Source: Chloroflexota bacterium
Lineage (GTDB): Bacteria; Chloroflexota; Dehalococcoidia; Lucifugimonadales; UBA3495
Assembly (NCBI GenBank): GCA_028874075.1
Contig: JAPPLU010000037.1
Span: forward strand, 37,318-101,317
Direction: 5' to 3'
Length of the DNA stretch: 64,000 nucleotides
Every line of letters starts with the position of its first letter. Position 1 is the first letter of the stretch. Position numbers and translations under genes: made by a program. Positions 39,605 to 49,300 of the stretch are shown in pieces. The notes beneath the pieces were generated by a model, which was given only the letters and a program-made list of their open reading frames with translations, searched no databases and had not been told where the DNA came from.

Positions 39605-40219
39605 ATGGGCAACATCTATATCGTACGTCACGGCGAAACCATGTGGAACGCCGAGGGTCGCATTCAGGGGCACACCGACGTTGGACTGACCGGGAGGGGT
39701 AAGGAACAGGCGCGAGCAACGGCGCGCCGGCTGGCGGACATACACTTTAATGTGGCTTACTCAAGCGATATGAGCCGCACCCGGGACACCGCCGTGATCA
39801 TCCTGGGCGAAAGGGAAACTCCACTCCATTCGGTGCCGGAGCTGCGGGAGTACAATAAGGGCGTCTTTGAAGGGTTGACCCCGGAGGAATACCGGCAGCG
39901 ATATCCAGACCTGTTCCAGGCCTCTCTGGTCAATGACCTCGATTTCGCACCCCCGGGGGGCGAGACTATCCGCCAGTGCCAGGCCCGTATGACCAGTTTT
40001 GCAGGCATGCTAAAGGACAAACACCTCGAAGAAGATGTGCTGATCGTTGGCCACGGCGGTTCACTGCGTAGTGGCATCGTCTCCCTGCTTGGACTGCCGC
40101 TGGAAGCGAACTGGAAGTTTGTGATGCACAACTGTGCCCTGTCCGTCATTCGGTCCTATCCCGATAATGCGGTAATGCACCTTTACAACGACACGTCCCA
40201 CCTGGCGGGGGTTCAATAA
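39605..40219 (+). CDS. cobC: histidine-phosphatase family, alpha-ribazole phosphatase-like
   Basis: IYIVRHGETMWNAEGRIQGHTD (RHG motif) and a later GHGG, in the cob operon context. Confidence 0.75.
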   Translation: MGNIYIVRHGETMWNAEGRIQGHTDVGLTGRGKEQARATARRLADIHFNVAYSSDMSRTRDTAVIILGERETPLHSVPELREYNKGVFEGLTPEEYRQRYPDLFQASLVNDLDFAPPGGETIRQCQARMTSFAGMLKDKHLEEDVLIVGHGGSLRSGIVSLLGLPLEANWKFVMHNCALSVIRSYPDNAVMHLYNDTSHLAGVQ

Positions 40220-40247
40220 CGCCGGGCGAGTTTGCTCCACAAGAAAG

Positions 40248-41834
40248 TTGAATGCAATGAATCAACATAACACACCGTTAGGCAAGGTCTTAATGGTCCA
40301 GGGAACTGCTTCCCACGTGGGGAAGAGTGTCCTGGTGTCTGCCCTGTGCCGCATCTTCCGCCAGGACGGGTTTCGGGTCGCGCCGTTCAAGGCCCAGAAC
40401 ATGTCAAACAACTCCTACGTTACCCGGGATGGTGGGGAAATAGGCCGTGCCCAGGCGGTGCAGGCGGAGGCCGCAGGTGTAGAAGCACGGGTGGAAATGA
40501 ATCCGGTTTTGCTGAAACCCGAGGCCGACCATATCGCCCAGGTAGTCCGAATGGGGCGGCCAATGGTTTCCGCCAGGGTGAAGGACTACTTCGGCCTAAA
40601 GGCGCAGCTGTGGGAGTCAGTCAGTTCATCCCTGGACACGCTCCGCAGCGAGTATGACATTGTCATCATCGAAGGGGCCGGCAGCCCCGCGGAAATCAAC
40701 CTCAAGGCCACCGAAATTGTCAACATGAGGGTGGCGCTGCACGCAAGCGCCCCGGTGCTGCTCTGCGGTGACATTGACCGGGGTGGGGTTTTCGCGGCAT
40801 TGGTGGGTACGCTGGAACTGCTGGAACCCCGAGAACGGGAAGCGATCAAGGGCTTCATCATCAACAAATTCAGGGGCGATGCCAGCCTGTTGACTGACGG
40901 CCTGACCATGCTGGAAGACCGCACCGGTATTCCGGTGGCCGGCGTTGTGCACCATTACCGGGAAATCCATATTCCTGAAGAGGACTCGGTGGCGCTGGAT
41001 ATCCCCATGAGGTCAGGCGACAGCGGCCAAGGCGCCACGCTGGATATAGCAGTAATCCAGCTGCCGCACATTTCCAACTTCGATGACTTTGACCCCCTGG
41101 CCCGGGAGCCCGGAGTCAATTTGCGTTACGTCAGCAACGCCGGCGAACTGGGCGATCCTGACCTGGTTATCTTGCCGGGCAGCAAGACAACCATCCCCGA
41201 CCTGGCCTGGATGAACTCCCAGGGATTAGGCCGCGCCGTTCAGGATCTCCACAATAGGGGTGCGGCCATTGTTGGAATCTGTGGTGGTTACCAGATGCTG
41301 GGACACCGATTGTACGATCCCGACGGTATCGAGTCACCCATCCCGGAAATGGATGGACTTGGGATTCTGCCCCTGTCCACCGTTTTTGCCGGCACGAAGG
41401 AGACTCACCGGATTCGCGGAGAGGTAGTTGAGGCCACCGGACTATTGAAGTCCGCCGGTGGAGCATCCTTGACCGGTTACGAAATTCACATGGGCCGTAC
41501 CACCGGCGAAGGTGTAGCGTTGCCGTTTTTGATCCATGACCGGACTGACGTTGCGGTGACTCCGGAAACTGCATTCGATGGTGCGATGGATGAGTCTGGA
41601 AGCGTTTTAGGGACATACATTCACGGTTTGTTTCACAATGTGCAACTGCGGCGCGCCATACTGGAAGAACTGGCTGGCCGGAATGGTAGGGCGCTCCCCG
41701 GAGTCGCCGAATTGGAAGCGATGGACACTGAGTTCGACAAGCTGGCCGACTGGGTGCGGGGCAGCCTGGACATGGACTTAATCTACGACATTACGGGGCT
41801 GGACCGAAATTTCGACCGGATCGGGCTCCCGTAG
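40248..41834 (+). CDS. cobQ: cobyric acid synthase
   Basis: LMVQGTASHVGKSVLVSALCR, IEGAGSPAEINL and a C-terminal GATase with GICGGYQMLG. The start is TTG 40248 or ATG 40257. Confidence 0.9.
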   Translation: MNAMNQHNTPLGKVLMVQGTASHVGKSVLVSALCRIFRQDGFRVAPFKAQNMSNNSYVTRDGGEIGRAQAVQAEAAGVEARVEMNPVLLKPEADHIAQVVRMGRPMVSARVKDYFGLKAQLWESVSSSLDTLRSEYDIVIIEGAGSPAEINLKATEIVNMRVALHASAPVLLCGDIDRGGVFAALVGTLELLEPREREAIKGFIINKFRGDASLLTDGLTMLEDRTGIPVAGVVHHYREIHIPEEDSVALDIPMRSGDSGQGATLDIAVIQLPHISNFDDFDPLAREPGVNLRYVSNAGELGDPDLVILPGSKTTIPDLAWMNSQGLGRAVQDLHNRGAAIVGICGGYQMLGHRLYDPDGIESPIPEMDGLGILPLSTVFAGTKETHRIRGEVVEATGLLKSAGGASLTGYEIHMGRTTGEGVALPFLIHDRTDVAVTPETAFDGAMDESGSVLGTYIHGLFHNVQLRRAILEELAGRNGRALPGVAELEAMDTEFDKLADWVRGSLDMDLIYDITGLDRNFDRIGLP

Positions 41835-42392
41835 ATGCCCGGAAGGGTTACCCTGGTGCTGGGCGGCATCCGTTCCGGAAAGAGCGCCTTCGCCGAAGAA
41901 CTGGCTGGCCGGTCGGGGGAACCGGTCCTTTACCTGGCAACCGGCCAGGCGTTTGATGACGAAATGGAGGACCGCATCCGCATTCACCGAGAAAGGCGTC
42001 CAGCCAGCTGGCGAACCCTGGAAGAGCCGCTTGCCCTGTCCGAATCGTTGAACCAGTATTTTGAGGCGAACAGTGGCGTCGGGGTTGCTTTGCTCGATTC
42101 GGTGGACGTTTGGATTTCCAACTTGATGCTTGCCAGGGAAGAAGAGGAAACGGACGCTACGGAAGCGATTGCCCTGGAATCGCTGGATTCAACGTTGACA
42201 CTGTGCCGCCAACTATTAACGCAGGTCGTATTGGTCAGCAGTGAGGTGGGCCTGAGCCCCGTGTCTCCCAACCACCTGGGCCGGCAGTTCCAGGACTTGC
42301 TGGGAACAGTCAATCAAAGGGCGGCGGCCCAGGCCGACGAAGTATTCCTGGTGGTTTCGGGTATTCCCGTGAAGATAAAGCCGCCACCTTAA
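41835..42392 (+). CDS. cobU: adenosylcobinamide kinase/adenosylcobinamide-phosphate guanylyltransferase
   Basis: LVLGGIRSGKSAFAE P-loop and H..RR. Its ATG abuts the cobQ stop (TAGATG). Confidence 0.85.
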   Translation: MPGRVTLVLGGIRSGKSAFAEELAGRSGEPVLYLATGQAFDDEMEDRIRIHRERRPASWRTLEEPLALSESLNQYFEANSGVGVALLDSVDVWISNLMLAREEEETDATEAIALESLDSTLTLCRQLLTQVVLVSSEVGLSPVSPNHLGRQFQDLLGTVNQRAAAQADEVFLVVSGIPVKIKPPP

Positions 42393-42662
42393 AAGCAGGA
42401 TTTTGCCAGGCTATAATGGGCCATAGAATACAAAGACTATACGCAAAATAGAGCAAAGGTTTTTGCTCGCCGGACTATACTAACGAGGCGATGGCGCAAT
42501 CAGTGGAAGTAGAAAGGAATGCTGGTGCGTCAAATAGAAGAGAGAATTGGTCGGAAAGTTTCAGCAGTGGAGTGGAACTCATTGCCACAATGTTAATGGC
42601 TGTGGACATGTAGCTAACTGCTTGAGCCATCCATCCGCATCAAGTGTCGATTCCTGGATCTA

Positions 42663-43586
42663 GTGGATTCAATTACTACACATTCCTCGAACCCACCTTT
42701 CGCCACTGCCACCGTACGCGCCCCCGGGGTGTGCGGTGAGCTGGCCCAGGGACTGTTGGGCAGCAGCTATTTCCTGGTGACCTGTCCCGTCGATTTCTTC
42801 GCCAGAGTCCGGGTGGACTTGTACCAGGAGCCAGTAGGCATCAACGTGCCGCCGCATTGTTCCAAGACCGCTGCTGCAGTCCAGCGGACGCTGGAATACC
42901 TGGGCTATGCTCATCTGGGCGCCCGAATAGCCATTTCCAATCCAATACCTCGCAGCAAAGGATTCGGGAGCAGCAGCGCTGACTTGTCCGCAGCTATCGC
43001 AGCTACAGGACTGGCGCTGGGCATTGAACTCACACCGGCGCAGATCGGTCAACTGGCCCTGAAAGTGGAACCCACCGACGGCGTAATGTTTCCTGGCATT
43101 ATCATGTTTGACCACCGCAATGGGAGCGTGGCGGAACAACTGGGTCCGCCTCCGCCTGTCGAAATAGTCGCCCTTGACTTCGGCGGGGAAGTGGATACGC
43201 TGGCTTTCAACCAGGTGGACCGCAGCGACCAATGGCGGTCAGTGCAATGGGAAACCGATGAGGCCCTGACGCTGGTACGAGAAGGATTGAGGTTGGGTGA
43301 TCCCCGGGCTCTGGGACGGGGCGCCACAAGGAGCGCGCTGGCAGCCCAGCAGGTCTTGTTCAAACCCCGCCTTCCTGAAGTCATCGCCTTTGCGCAGGCG
43401 GTGGGCGCCGTGGGTGTCAACGTAGCCCACAGCGGAACGGCTATTGGAGTGTTGCTGGACGCCACCCAGCGTCGGGGCAAGTCCACGTTCAGGCAGGCCA
43501 GCCAGACCTTTCCCGAAGCGGAAGCCGTTTATCACCTGCGGCTGCTGGGCGGCGGTGTCCAACAAGTCCAGGGTTCCGGCGCCTAG
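42663..43586 (+). CDS. GHMP kinase, PduX-like L-threonine kinase
   Basis: APGVCGELAQGLL..YFLVTCPVD resembles the PduX N-terminus (CPASCGELIQGW..LVSCPVD), and the GHMP motif GFGSSSADLSAAI is present. GTG start. Confidence 0.7.
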   Translation: MDSITTHSSNPPFATATVRAPGVCGELAQGLLGSSYFLVTCPVDFFARVRVDLYQEPVGINVPPHCSKTAAAVQRTLEYLGYAHLGARIAISNPIPRSKGFGSSSADLSAAIAATGLALGIELTPAQIGQLALKVEPTDGVMFPGIIMFDHRNGSVAEQLGPPPPVEIVALDFGGEVDTLAFNQVDRSDQWRSVQWETDEALTLVREGLRLGDPRALGRGATRSALAAQQVLFKPRLPEVIAFAQAVGAVGVNVAHSGTAIGVLLDATQRRGKSTFRQASQTFPEAEAVYHLRLLGGGVQQVQGSGA

Positions 43587-43669
43587 GTTTGGCTATCGTC
43601 TATAATCCGTCTCGATTGTTATTCAGGTCTTGTCAACAATAAAGTCCACCAAGCAAGGAGCATTTCTCA

Positions 43670-44743
43670 ATGGCAGTACACAACCTGGCAATTATTGGCG
43701 GCGACGGCATCGGTCCGGAGGTAGTGGCCGAGGGGAAAAAAGTCCTGGATTACCTCGCCGATAGTGTCCCTGATCTGGGTTTCAATTACACAGAGTTTCC
43801 CTGGGGTTCCGCCTATTACCGGGAGACGGGCAGAATGATGCCGGAGGACGGGCTGGAGCAGGTGGCCGCAAACGAAGCCATCCTGTTCGGAGCCGTGGGA
43901 GACCCGGACATTCCGGACCACATAACGCTTCAGGGTCTGCTGCTGCCCATGCGGCGGGCCTACGATCAGGGTGTCTGTGTCCGTCCCTCTTACCTCCACC
44001 CAGGAGTTACATCACCCCTGGCCGGCAAGAGCGCGGGGCAGGTAGACCTGGTCATTTTCCGAGAGAATACCGAGGGTGAGTATGCGCCGGTGGGAGGACG
44101 CCTCTATCCAGGCACGCCCCACGAAACGGTTATGCAGACCAATGTGTTCACTCGTCGCGGTACCGAGCGCATCATCCGAGCCGCCTTTGAGTACTGCGTT
44201 CGCCGCAACAAGAGGATGAAGGTGACATCCGTAACCAAGTCCAATGCCCAGGCCTTTGGCATGGTGTTCTGGGACGAGGTGTTCGATGCCGTGGCTTCTG
44301 AATACCCCCGGGTGGAGACCGAGTCGCTGCTGGTGGACCGGGTGGCGATGGACCTGGTGCGATGGCCCGAGGACTTCGACGTGATGGTGGCGTCGAACCT
44401 GTTCGCTGACATAATTTCAGACATAGCCGCCGTGGTCACGGGAAGCATGGGCCTGGCCCCCAGCGCCAACATAAACCCGGAACGTGAGTATCCATCGATG
44501 TTCGAACCCGTTCATGGAGCGGCGTTTGACATAACCGGCAAGGGCATTGCCAATCCGCTGGCGACCATTTCCGCAGTGGGAATGATGCTGGACCACCTGG
44601 GAGAATCCGATGCGGCCCGGCAAGTGGATGCGGCAGTAGTCCGCAGCCTGGAAGAACGCCAGGTTATGACTCCCGACCTGGGCGGGTCTGCAACCACATC
44701 ACAGGTGGGGGATGAGGTTGTCAGGTTGCTGGGCGAGAGCTAA
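43670..44743 (+). CDS. isocitrate/isopropylmalate dehydrogenase family, tartrate-dehydrogenase-like
   Basis: IAIIGGDGIGPEVV and NLFADIISD...APSANINPEREYPSMFEPVHGAAFDITGKGIANPLA resemble TtuC-type more than LeuB. Confidence 0.75.
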   Translation: MAVHNLAIIGGDGIGPEVVAEGKKVLDYLADSVPDLGFNYTEFPWGSAYYRETGRMMPEDGLEQVAANEAILFGAVGDPDIPDHITLQGLLLPMRRAYDQGVCVRPSYLHPGVTSPLAGKSAGQVDLVIFRENTEGEYAPVGGRLYPGTPHETVMQTNVFTRRGTERIIRAAFEYCVRRNKRMKVTSVTKSNAQAFGMVFWDEVFDAVASEYPRVETESLLVDRVAMDLVRWPEDFDVMVASNLFADIISDIAAVVTGSMGLAPSANINPEREYPSMFEPVHGAAFDITGKGIANPLATISAVGMMLDHLGESDAARQVDAAVVRSLEERQVMTPDLGGSATTSQVGDEVVRLLGES

Positions 44744-45040
44744 GAATCGCACTCTCTGTCCAGTAGAATTGCGCCCCTTGCAAGGTCAACTCTTCCACCT
44801 CCGTGGCTGAATGCCTGGCTGGTCTTATAGGCAGTTTGGGAGGTTAAATCACAGGCCGACTCCTGGTGCGATGCCTGAGCGGATATGGGGCGCCGCACGT
44901 AGCATACGGCCTGGCTAACGCTCGTCTTGCGTGATGTTGTCCTCGGCTTAAGAGTCAAGAAGCTGCCGGGGAGTGTTGTATGCTGCACTTGCCTGCCGCT
45001 AATCGCCCTATCTGGTACGTTGCCCTGCGCCTGCCAAACC

Positions 45041-45070
45041 TTGTGCTGATTGGGAAAAGCCGCTTATAAT
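45041..45070 (+). promoter_or_regulatory. candidate sigma70-type promoter for ilvE
   Basis: TTGTGC (45041-46), an 18-nt spacer, then TATAAT (45065-70), about 38 nt before the GTG start. Confidence 0.35.
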
Positions 45071-45108
45071 CTCTGCCAGATTGTATTGTCCTGCAAGGGG
45101 GAAATGCC

Positions 45109-46071
45109 GTGAATACAGGTCAGACCAGCAGCCAGGCCGGAGAGTTGTTAGCCTTTTTCCGAGGAGAATATGTTCCTCTGAGCCAGGCCAAGGTCAGCGT
45201 TATGACTCACGCACTGCACTACGGGACGGGTGTATTTGAAGGTATTCGCGGCAACTGGAATGAAGATCAGGGGGTAGTCAATATTTTCCGCCTCCGCGAG
45301 CATTACGAGCGGCTGCTGCGGGGGACTCGCCTGCTTATGCTCGACATTCCCTATTCCGTTGAAGACCTCTGCGAGATCACCGTGGAGCTGGTGGAACGCA
45401 ATGAGCATAACCAGGACATCTATATCCGCCCCCTGGTGTACAAGAGCGCTGAGATGGTGGCTAACCTAAAGCTGCAGGACCTGGAAAGCGATTTTACCCT
45501 CATCACTGTCCCCTTCGGCAACTATCTTGGCTCCGACCTGCTTCACTGCTGCACTTCTTCCTGGCGCAGGGTGGACGATCCCATGATTCCCGCACGGCTG
45601 AAAATCTGCGGCATCTACGTCAACAGTATCCTGGCCAAGACGGAAGCGACGCTGGCGGGCTTCGACGAAGCCATAATCCTCAACCAGGATGGCCATGTCT
45701 GCGAGGGCTCAGGCGAGAACCTGTTCGTCATCTCCAACGGTCAGATGATCACCCCTAACCTGGAGGATAACGTCCTGCCGGGGATAACGCGGGATACGGT
45801 AATCGAACTAGCCGAGACCGAATTGGGGTTGAAGGTGCAGGAGCGTAGCATAGACCGCAGTGAACTGTACCTGGCCGACGAGGTGTTCCTCACCGGCACC
45901 GCGGCGCACCTCACGCCGGTAGTTGAGTTGGACCACCGGCTGATTGCCGATGGCAAGGCCGGTCCGGTATCCAGCAAGCTCCAGAAGATGTACTTTGACA
46001 TCGTCGTTGGTCGGAACGAAAAATATCGCCACTGGTGCACTCCGGCCTCGCCCCGCCTGGTGACTGTCTAG
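45109..46071 (+). CDS. ilvE: branched-chain amino acid aminotransferase (fold type IV)
   Basis: HALHYGTGVFEGIRG, the PLP-lysine region, YIRPL and EGSGENLF..PGITR. Confidence 0.9.
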   Translation: MNTGQTSSQAGELLAFFRGEYVPLSQAKVSVMTHALHYGTGVFEGIRGNWNEDQGVVNIFRLREHYERLLRGTRLLMLDIPYSVEDLCEITVELVERNEHNQDIYIRPLVYKSAEMVANLKLQDLESDFTLITVPFGNYLGSDLLHCCTSSWRRVDDPMIPARLKICGIYVNSILAKTEATLAGFDEAIILNQDGHVCEGSGENLFVISNGQMITPNLEDNVLPGITRDTVIELAETELGLKVQERSIDRSELYLADEVFLTGTAAHLTPVVELDHRLIADGKAGPVSSKLQKMYFDIVVGRNEKYRHWCTPASPRLVTV

Positions 46072-46124
46072 GTAACCAATGCCTCGGCCGCTGACCCCAG
46101 AATCTCCAACCCGTTTCCGGGAGG

Positions 46125-46823
46125 TTGATGGAGATGTCGCTCCAGTCTCCACAGAACTGGGAGCTTCTGGCGCTGGTCGTTTCCCTTGTCATTGTCTCAT
46201 ACCTGGTGGGCAGCCTTTCGCCGGCCTATATGGTAGTTCGCCGGCGCCTGGGACTGGACATAAGACAATTGGGCAACGGCAATGCCGGGGCGGAGAACGT
46301 TTCCCGAGTCGCTGGAATCAGGCCCGCAGTCCTCGTTGCGGCCATTGATGTTGCCAAGGGGCTACTGGTGGTGCTGGTTGCCCGCTGGATTTCGCCTGCT
46401 TCAGCAACGGAACATTTTTTGGCAGGGGGATTGACGGGCGACACGTTCCGCAACGGCGTCATCCTTGCGGCAGGCGTAGCGGCCGTGGTGGGCCACAGTT
46501 GGTCGGTCTACCTGAAGGGCGCAGGAGGGCGCGGCGCTGCCACCGCGGTGGGCGCCCTGTGCGGCATGGTCACCATTCCCGCGTTGTTGGTCGCGGCGCC
46601 CGCTTTTGTGCTGTTATGCCGCCACCGCAGCACCACGTGGGGGTTGGCCACTTTCTTCGTTGGAACGGTATTGGTCACTGCTTCCATGGGCTACTTCAAC
46701 ATTTTTGGCTACTCACTATTGTGGACCGCATACGCGGTTTCCTTGCCGGCGGTGGTGGGAGCAATTCACTTTGCCAGCCTGAAGAGGCAAGCGCCGCCTG
46801 CTCCGGCCCTGCCCGGCCGATGA
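46125..46823 (+). CDS. plsY: glycerol-3-phosphate acyltransferase PlsY
   Basis: YLVGSLSPAY...GNGNAGAENV and GHSWSVYLKGAGGRGAAT in a polytopic protein. Several candidate starts lie at 46125-46134. Confidence 0.85.
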   Translation: MMEMSLQSPQNWELLALVVSLVIVSYLVGSLSPAYMVVRRRLGLDIRQLGNGNAGAENVSRVAGIRPAVLVAAIDVAKGLLVVLVARWISPASATEHFLAGGLTGDTFRNGVILAAGVAAVVGHSWSVYLKGAGGRGAATAVGALCGMVTIPALLVAAPAFVLLCRHRSTTWGLATFFVGTVLVTASMGYFNIFGYSLLWTAYAVSLPAVVGAIHFASLKRQAPPAPALPGR

Positions 46824-46974
46824 CCAGCATCACCCTTGCCCTCCCTCTCTTAACGGTCAATCCAAGCCTGGTTTGCGCCCGGATCGCGACATGGGTTACA
46901 AAGCCAAGTTCGCTTAAGTTGCAGGTGACGCAATTTGCCCACCTCGCAGCGAATGACACCAGGGCCCCAGGCTG

Positions 46975-47878
46975 ATGTGGATAATTATCTCCCTTGCGAC
47001 GGCGGCTACGCTGGCCGTTGTCAACCTTGCCGACAAACGCCTCCTGGACCGGCACCTTCCCAGCCTGGACTGCCTGTACGTCTGGGTTGCCTTCGCCCTG
47101 GTCATTTACATTGTTGCAGCCGTCGGTATCTTCGGCGTTCCCACCGACACATCGGCGCCATACGTTTTCGCGGCGCTGGGTTCGGGGCTAACCCTGGGAA
47201 TTGGTTACGCCCTGCTCTTCGTGGCCCTGAAGATCGACGAAGCATCCCGGGCGGTGGCCATTTCCCAAGTCTACCCCATCGTGGTGGCGCTTCTGGCGGT
47301 GCCGTTCCTTGGTGAGCAACTCAATGCCTTTCAGTGGGCCGCTATATTGCTGGTGGTCCTGGGTACCATCCTCATTTCCCTGCCTGTGTCTCCCGGGGGA
47401 CTGGTTGCTCCCCGTCTGTCCCGTGCGGTTCCGGCGTCGCTTGCCAGCGGCATGTTCATCGGCGTGGGCATTTTCGCCGCCAAGATAGCGCTGGAAGAAG
47501 GGTCATTCGTAACAGTCTTTATATACCAGCAGGTGGGTACACTCCTGGCGTTTCCTGCCCTTTTGCCGTCCGCGGGTGTGTGTGCAACTGGTGAAGGCGA
47601 TGCGCAACACCCAAACGGTAGCCCTGCTGACTGTGGGTGAGGGCCTGCTGCCTCTGGGGGTAGTAGCGGGCGCCCTGATGGCCACCAAACTGGGACCGGT
47701 GTCGCTGGTGAGCGCTTTCCTGGCTACTACGCCCCTTTTCGTGTTTGTCCTGGCGACTGCATTGAGCCAGGGGCGTTGGCAACTCATGCAGGAAGCCATT
47801 CACAGGCAGGCCCTGGTATTGAAACTTGCGGCTATCTCGATGATAGTTGCAGGCGTGAGCGCCCTGGGGCTTTTCTGA
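46975..47878 (+). pseudogene. EamA/DMT-family transporter with a frameshift
   Basis: The first EamA half is in frame 1 (46975..47640) and the second in frame 2 (open from 47513, listed 47576..47878). The overlap contains a gtgtgtgtg tract at 47576-47584. Confidence 0.6.
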
Positions 47879-48067
47879 TTCAAGGGCCAGACCCAGCCAG
47901 CTCTCCTACCCCCTGATTGAAGGAAGTGTTCTACCGTTCGCTCTTCCAAGTGGCGTATTCCGCCGCTGCCCATTTAGCTCCGCCGGAAGTTGGTTTGACA
48001 GTTCTGCCTTGCTGGCCCACAATCCACGTCAAATTTCCCCGCAGCTACTACTGAACCGGAGGTCTCT

Positions 48068-49186
48068 ATGGGCTGGTCCAGTCACCACAAGAACGGGCTG
48101 ATTTACTACAACCCCCAGCAGAGCTACCGGGGCTACACGCTGGTAGCCACCAACCGGGGCGGCTCCTTTGCAAACTTGATCGACATGGAGGGGCGAATCT
48201 GTCACCGCTGGTACCACCCGGAGGAAATTGTCTACGGCTACCTGCTGCCCAACGGCCACCTTCTCTTCCGCAGCCGGACCGCTCGCAACGAGAACGAAGG
48301 TCCCCAGTTTGGCGGACGCTCCATGTCACTGATCGAACTGGACTGGGACGGCAACCAGGTCTGGACGTACCGCAGCCCAGATATGTACCTGCACCATGAC
48401 TTTGAACGATTGCTTAATGGCAACACCCTGGTCCTGCTTTGGGCGCCCGTGCCGTCAGAGTTGGCGGCAAGTGTAAAGGGAGGGTATTCATCGGAAGAAA
48501 ATGAGGAAATGTGGGGCGACGTCGTCCAGGAAATCACTCCTGACGGTGAGGTAGTGTACGAATGGAAATCATGGGACTTCCTGAGTGTGGACGAAGATGT
48601 CATTTGCCCCATGGAAGGCCGGCACGAGTGGTCGCACCAGAATGCCCTGAACGTTACCCCCGAAGGGGACCTACTGGTCAGCTATCGCCAAACCAGCACC
48701 GTTGGCATCGTTGATAAGGCCACCGGTGAGTTCAGCTGGAAATGGGGCCCCGGAGAAGTCAATCACCAGCACCATCCCACCTGGCTGCCAAGCGGCCGGG
48801 TCATGATTTTCGACAACGGCTGCCACCGGCGGGGCGCCAGCCGTTCCCGGATCATTGAAGTGGACCCGGACACAAACGAGATCGGCTGGGAGTACACCGG
48901 CACGCCGGATATATCCTTCTTCAGCTACAACATCAGCAGCGCGGAACGGCAGCCTAACGGTAATACCGTCATCTGCGAAGGCGCGCCAGGCAGAATCTTT
49001 GAAGTAACCCAGTCCAGGGAAATAGTGTGGGAGTACGTAAATCCTTTCTTTGGTGAATCGGGAGGCGGACCCGCGCAGAACGGGGTATTTCGCGCCCACC
49101 GCTACGGTCCTGACCATCCCGCGCTTATTGGGAAAGACCTGGATCCTGATCGCTACGGCAATCTCAACCGACTGTACGGCGCATAA
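48068..49186 (+). CDS. arylsulfotransferase (ASST)-like beta-propeller protein
   Basis: GLIYYNPQQSYRGYTLV...LIDMEGRICHRW...LPNGHLLF...HHD..RLLNGNTLVL resembles the Arylsulfotran_2 family pattern. Confidence 0.55.
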   Translation: MGWSSHHKNGLIYYNPQQSYRGYTLVATNRGGSFANLIDMEGRICHRWYHPEEIVYGYLLPNGHLLFRSRTARNENEGPQFGGRSMSLIELDWDGNQVWTYRSPDMYLHHDFERLLNGNTLVLLWAPVPSELAASVKGGYSSEENEEMWGDVVQEITPDGEVVYEWKSWDFLSVDEDVICPMEGRHEWSHQNALNVTPEGDLLVSYRQTSTVGIVDKATGEFSWKWGPGEVNHQHHPTWLPSGRVMIFDNGCHRRGASRSRIIEVDPDTNEIGWEYTGTPDISFFSYNISSAERQPNGNTVICEGAPGRIFEVTQSREIVWEYVNPFFGESGGGPAQNGVFRAHRYGPDHPALIGKDLDPDRYGNLNRLYGA

Positions 49187-49300
49187 TGGCTGCTGTTGAG
49201 TGGCCGGGGCGATTCAGTAGATACGCTACTGGTTGATGGGTAGGGTCGCTTATGGAGTAGGACTTCTTGTAAGCCAGACAAATGACAGGAGCAGTGGATT

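Noticed and set aside
42491-42613. A 40-codon ORF (MAQSVEVERNAGASNRRENWSESFSSGVELIATMLMAVDM) in the cobU-pduX spacer.
   Set aside because: The GAGG lies only 2 nt from the ATG, the composition differs from neighbouring genes and no motif is recognisable. The evidence is insufficient to call a gene.
42393-42662. A second cobalamin riboswitch ahead of the pduX-like gene.
   Set aside because: Only scattered fragments are present (GGTG..AAA, GCCAC, agccatcc). There is no GCCACTG core pair, no proper B12 box and no P1. It is kept as an unexplained spacer in the findings rather than called.
44744-45108. The 365-nt spacer before ilvE as a T-box or amino-acid leader. It includes a 10-bp palindrome CCTTGCAAGG at 44776-44785.
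   Set aside because: There is no T-box consensus (AAxxGGGTGGTACCGCG), no leader peptide rich in Ile/Leu/Val and no terminator/antiterminator pair. Only a candidate promoter near 45041-45070 could be supported.
46976-46984. A perfect DnaA box (TGTGGATAA) overlapping the EamA start codon.
   Set aside because: It is a single isolated 9-mer. Occurrence by chance in 64 kb on two strands is not improbable, and there are no companion boxes.
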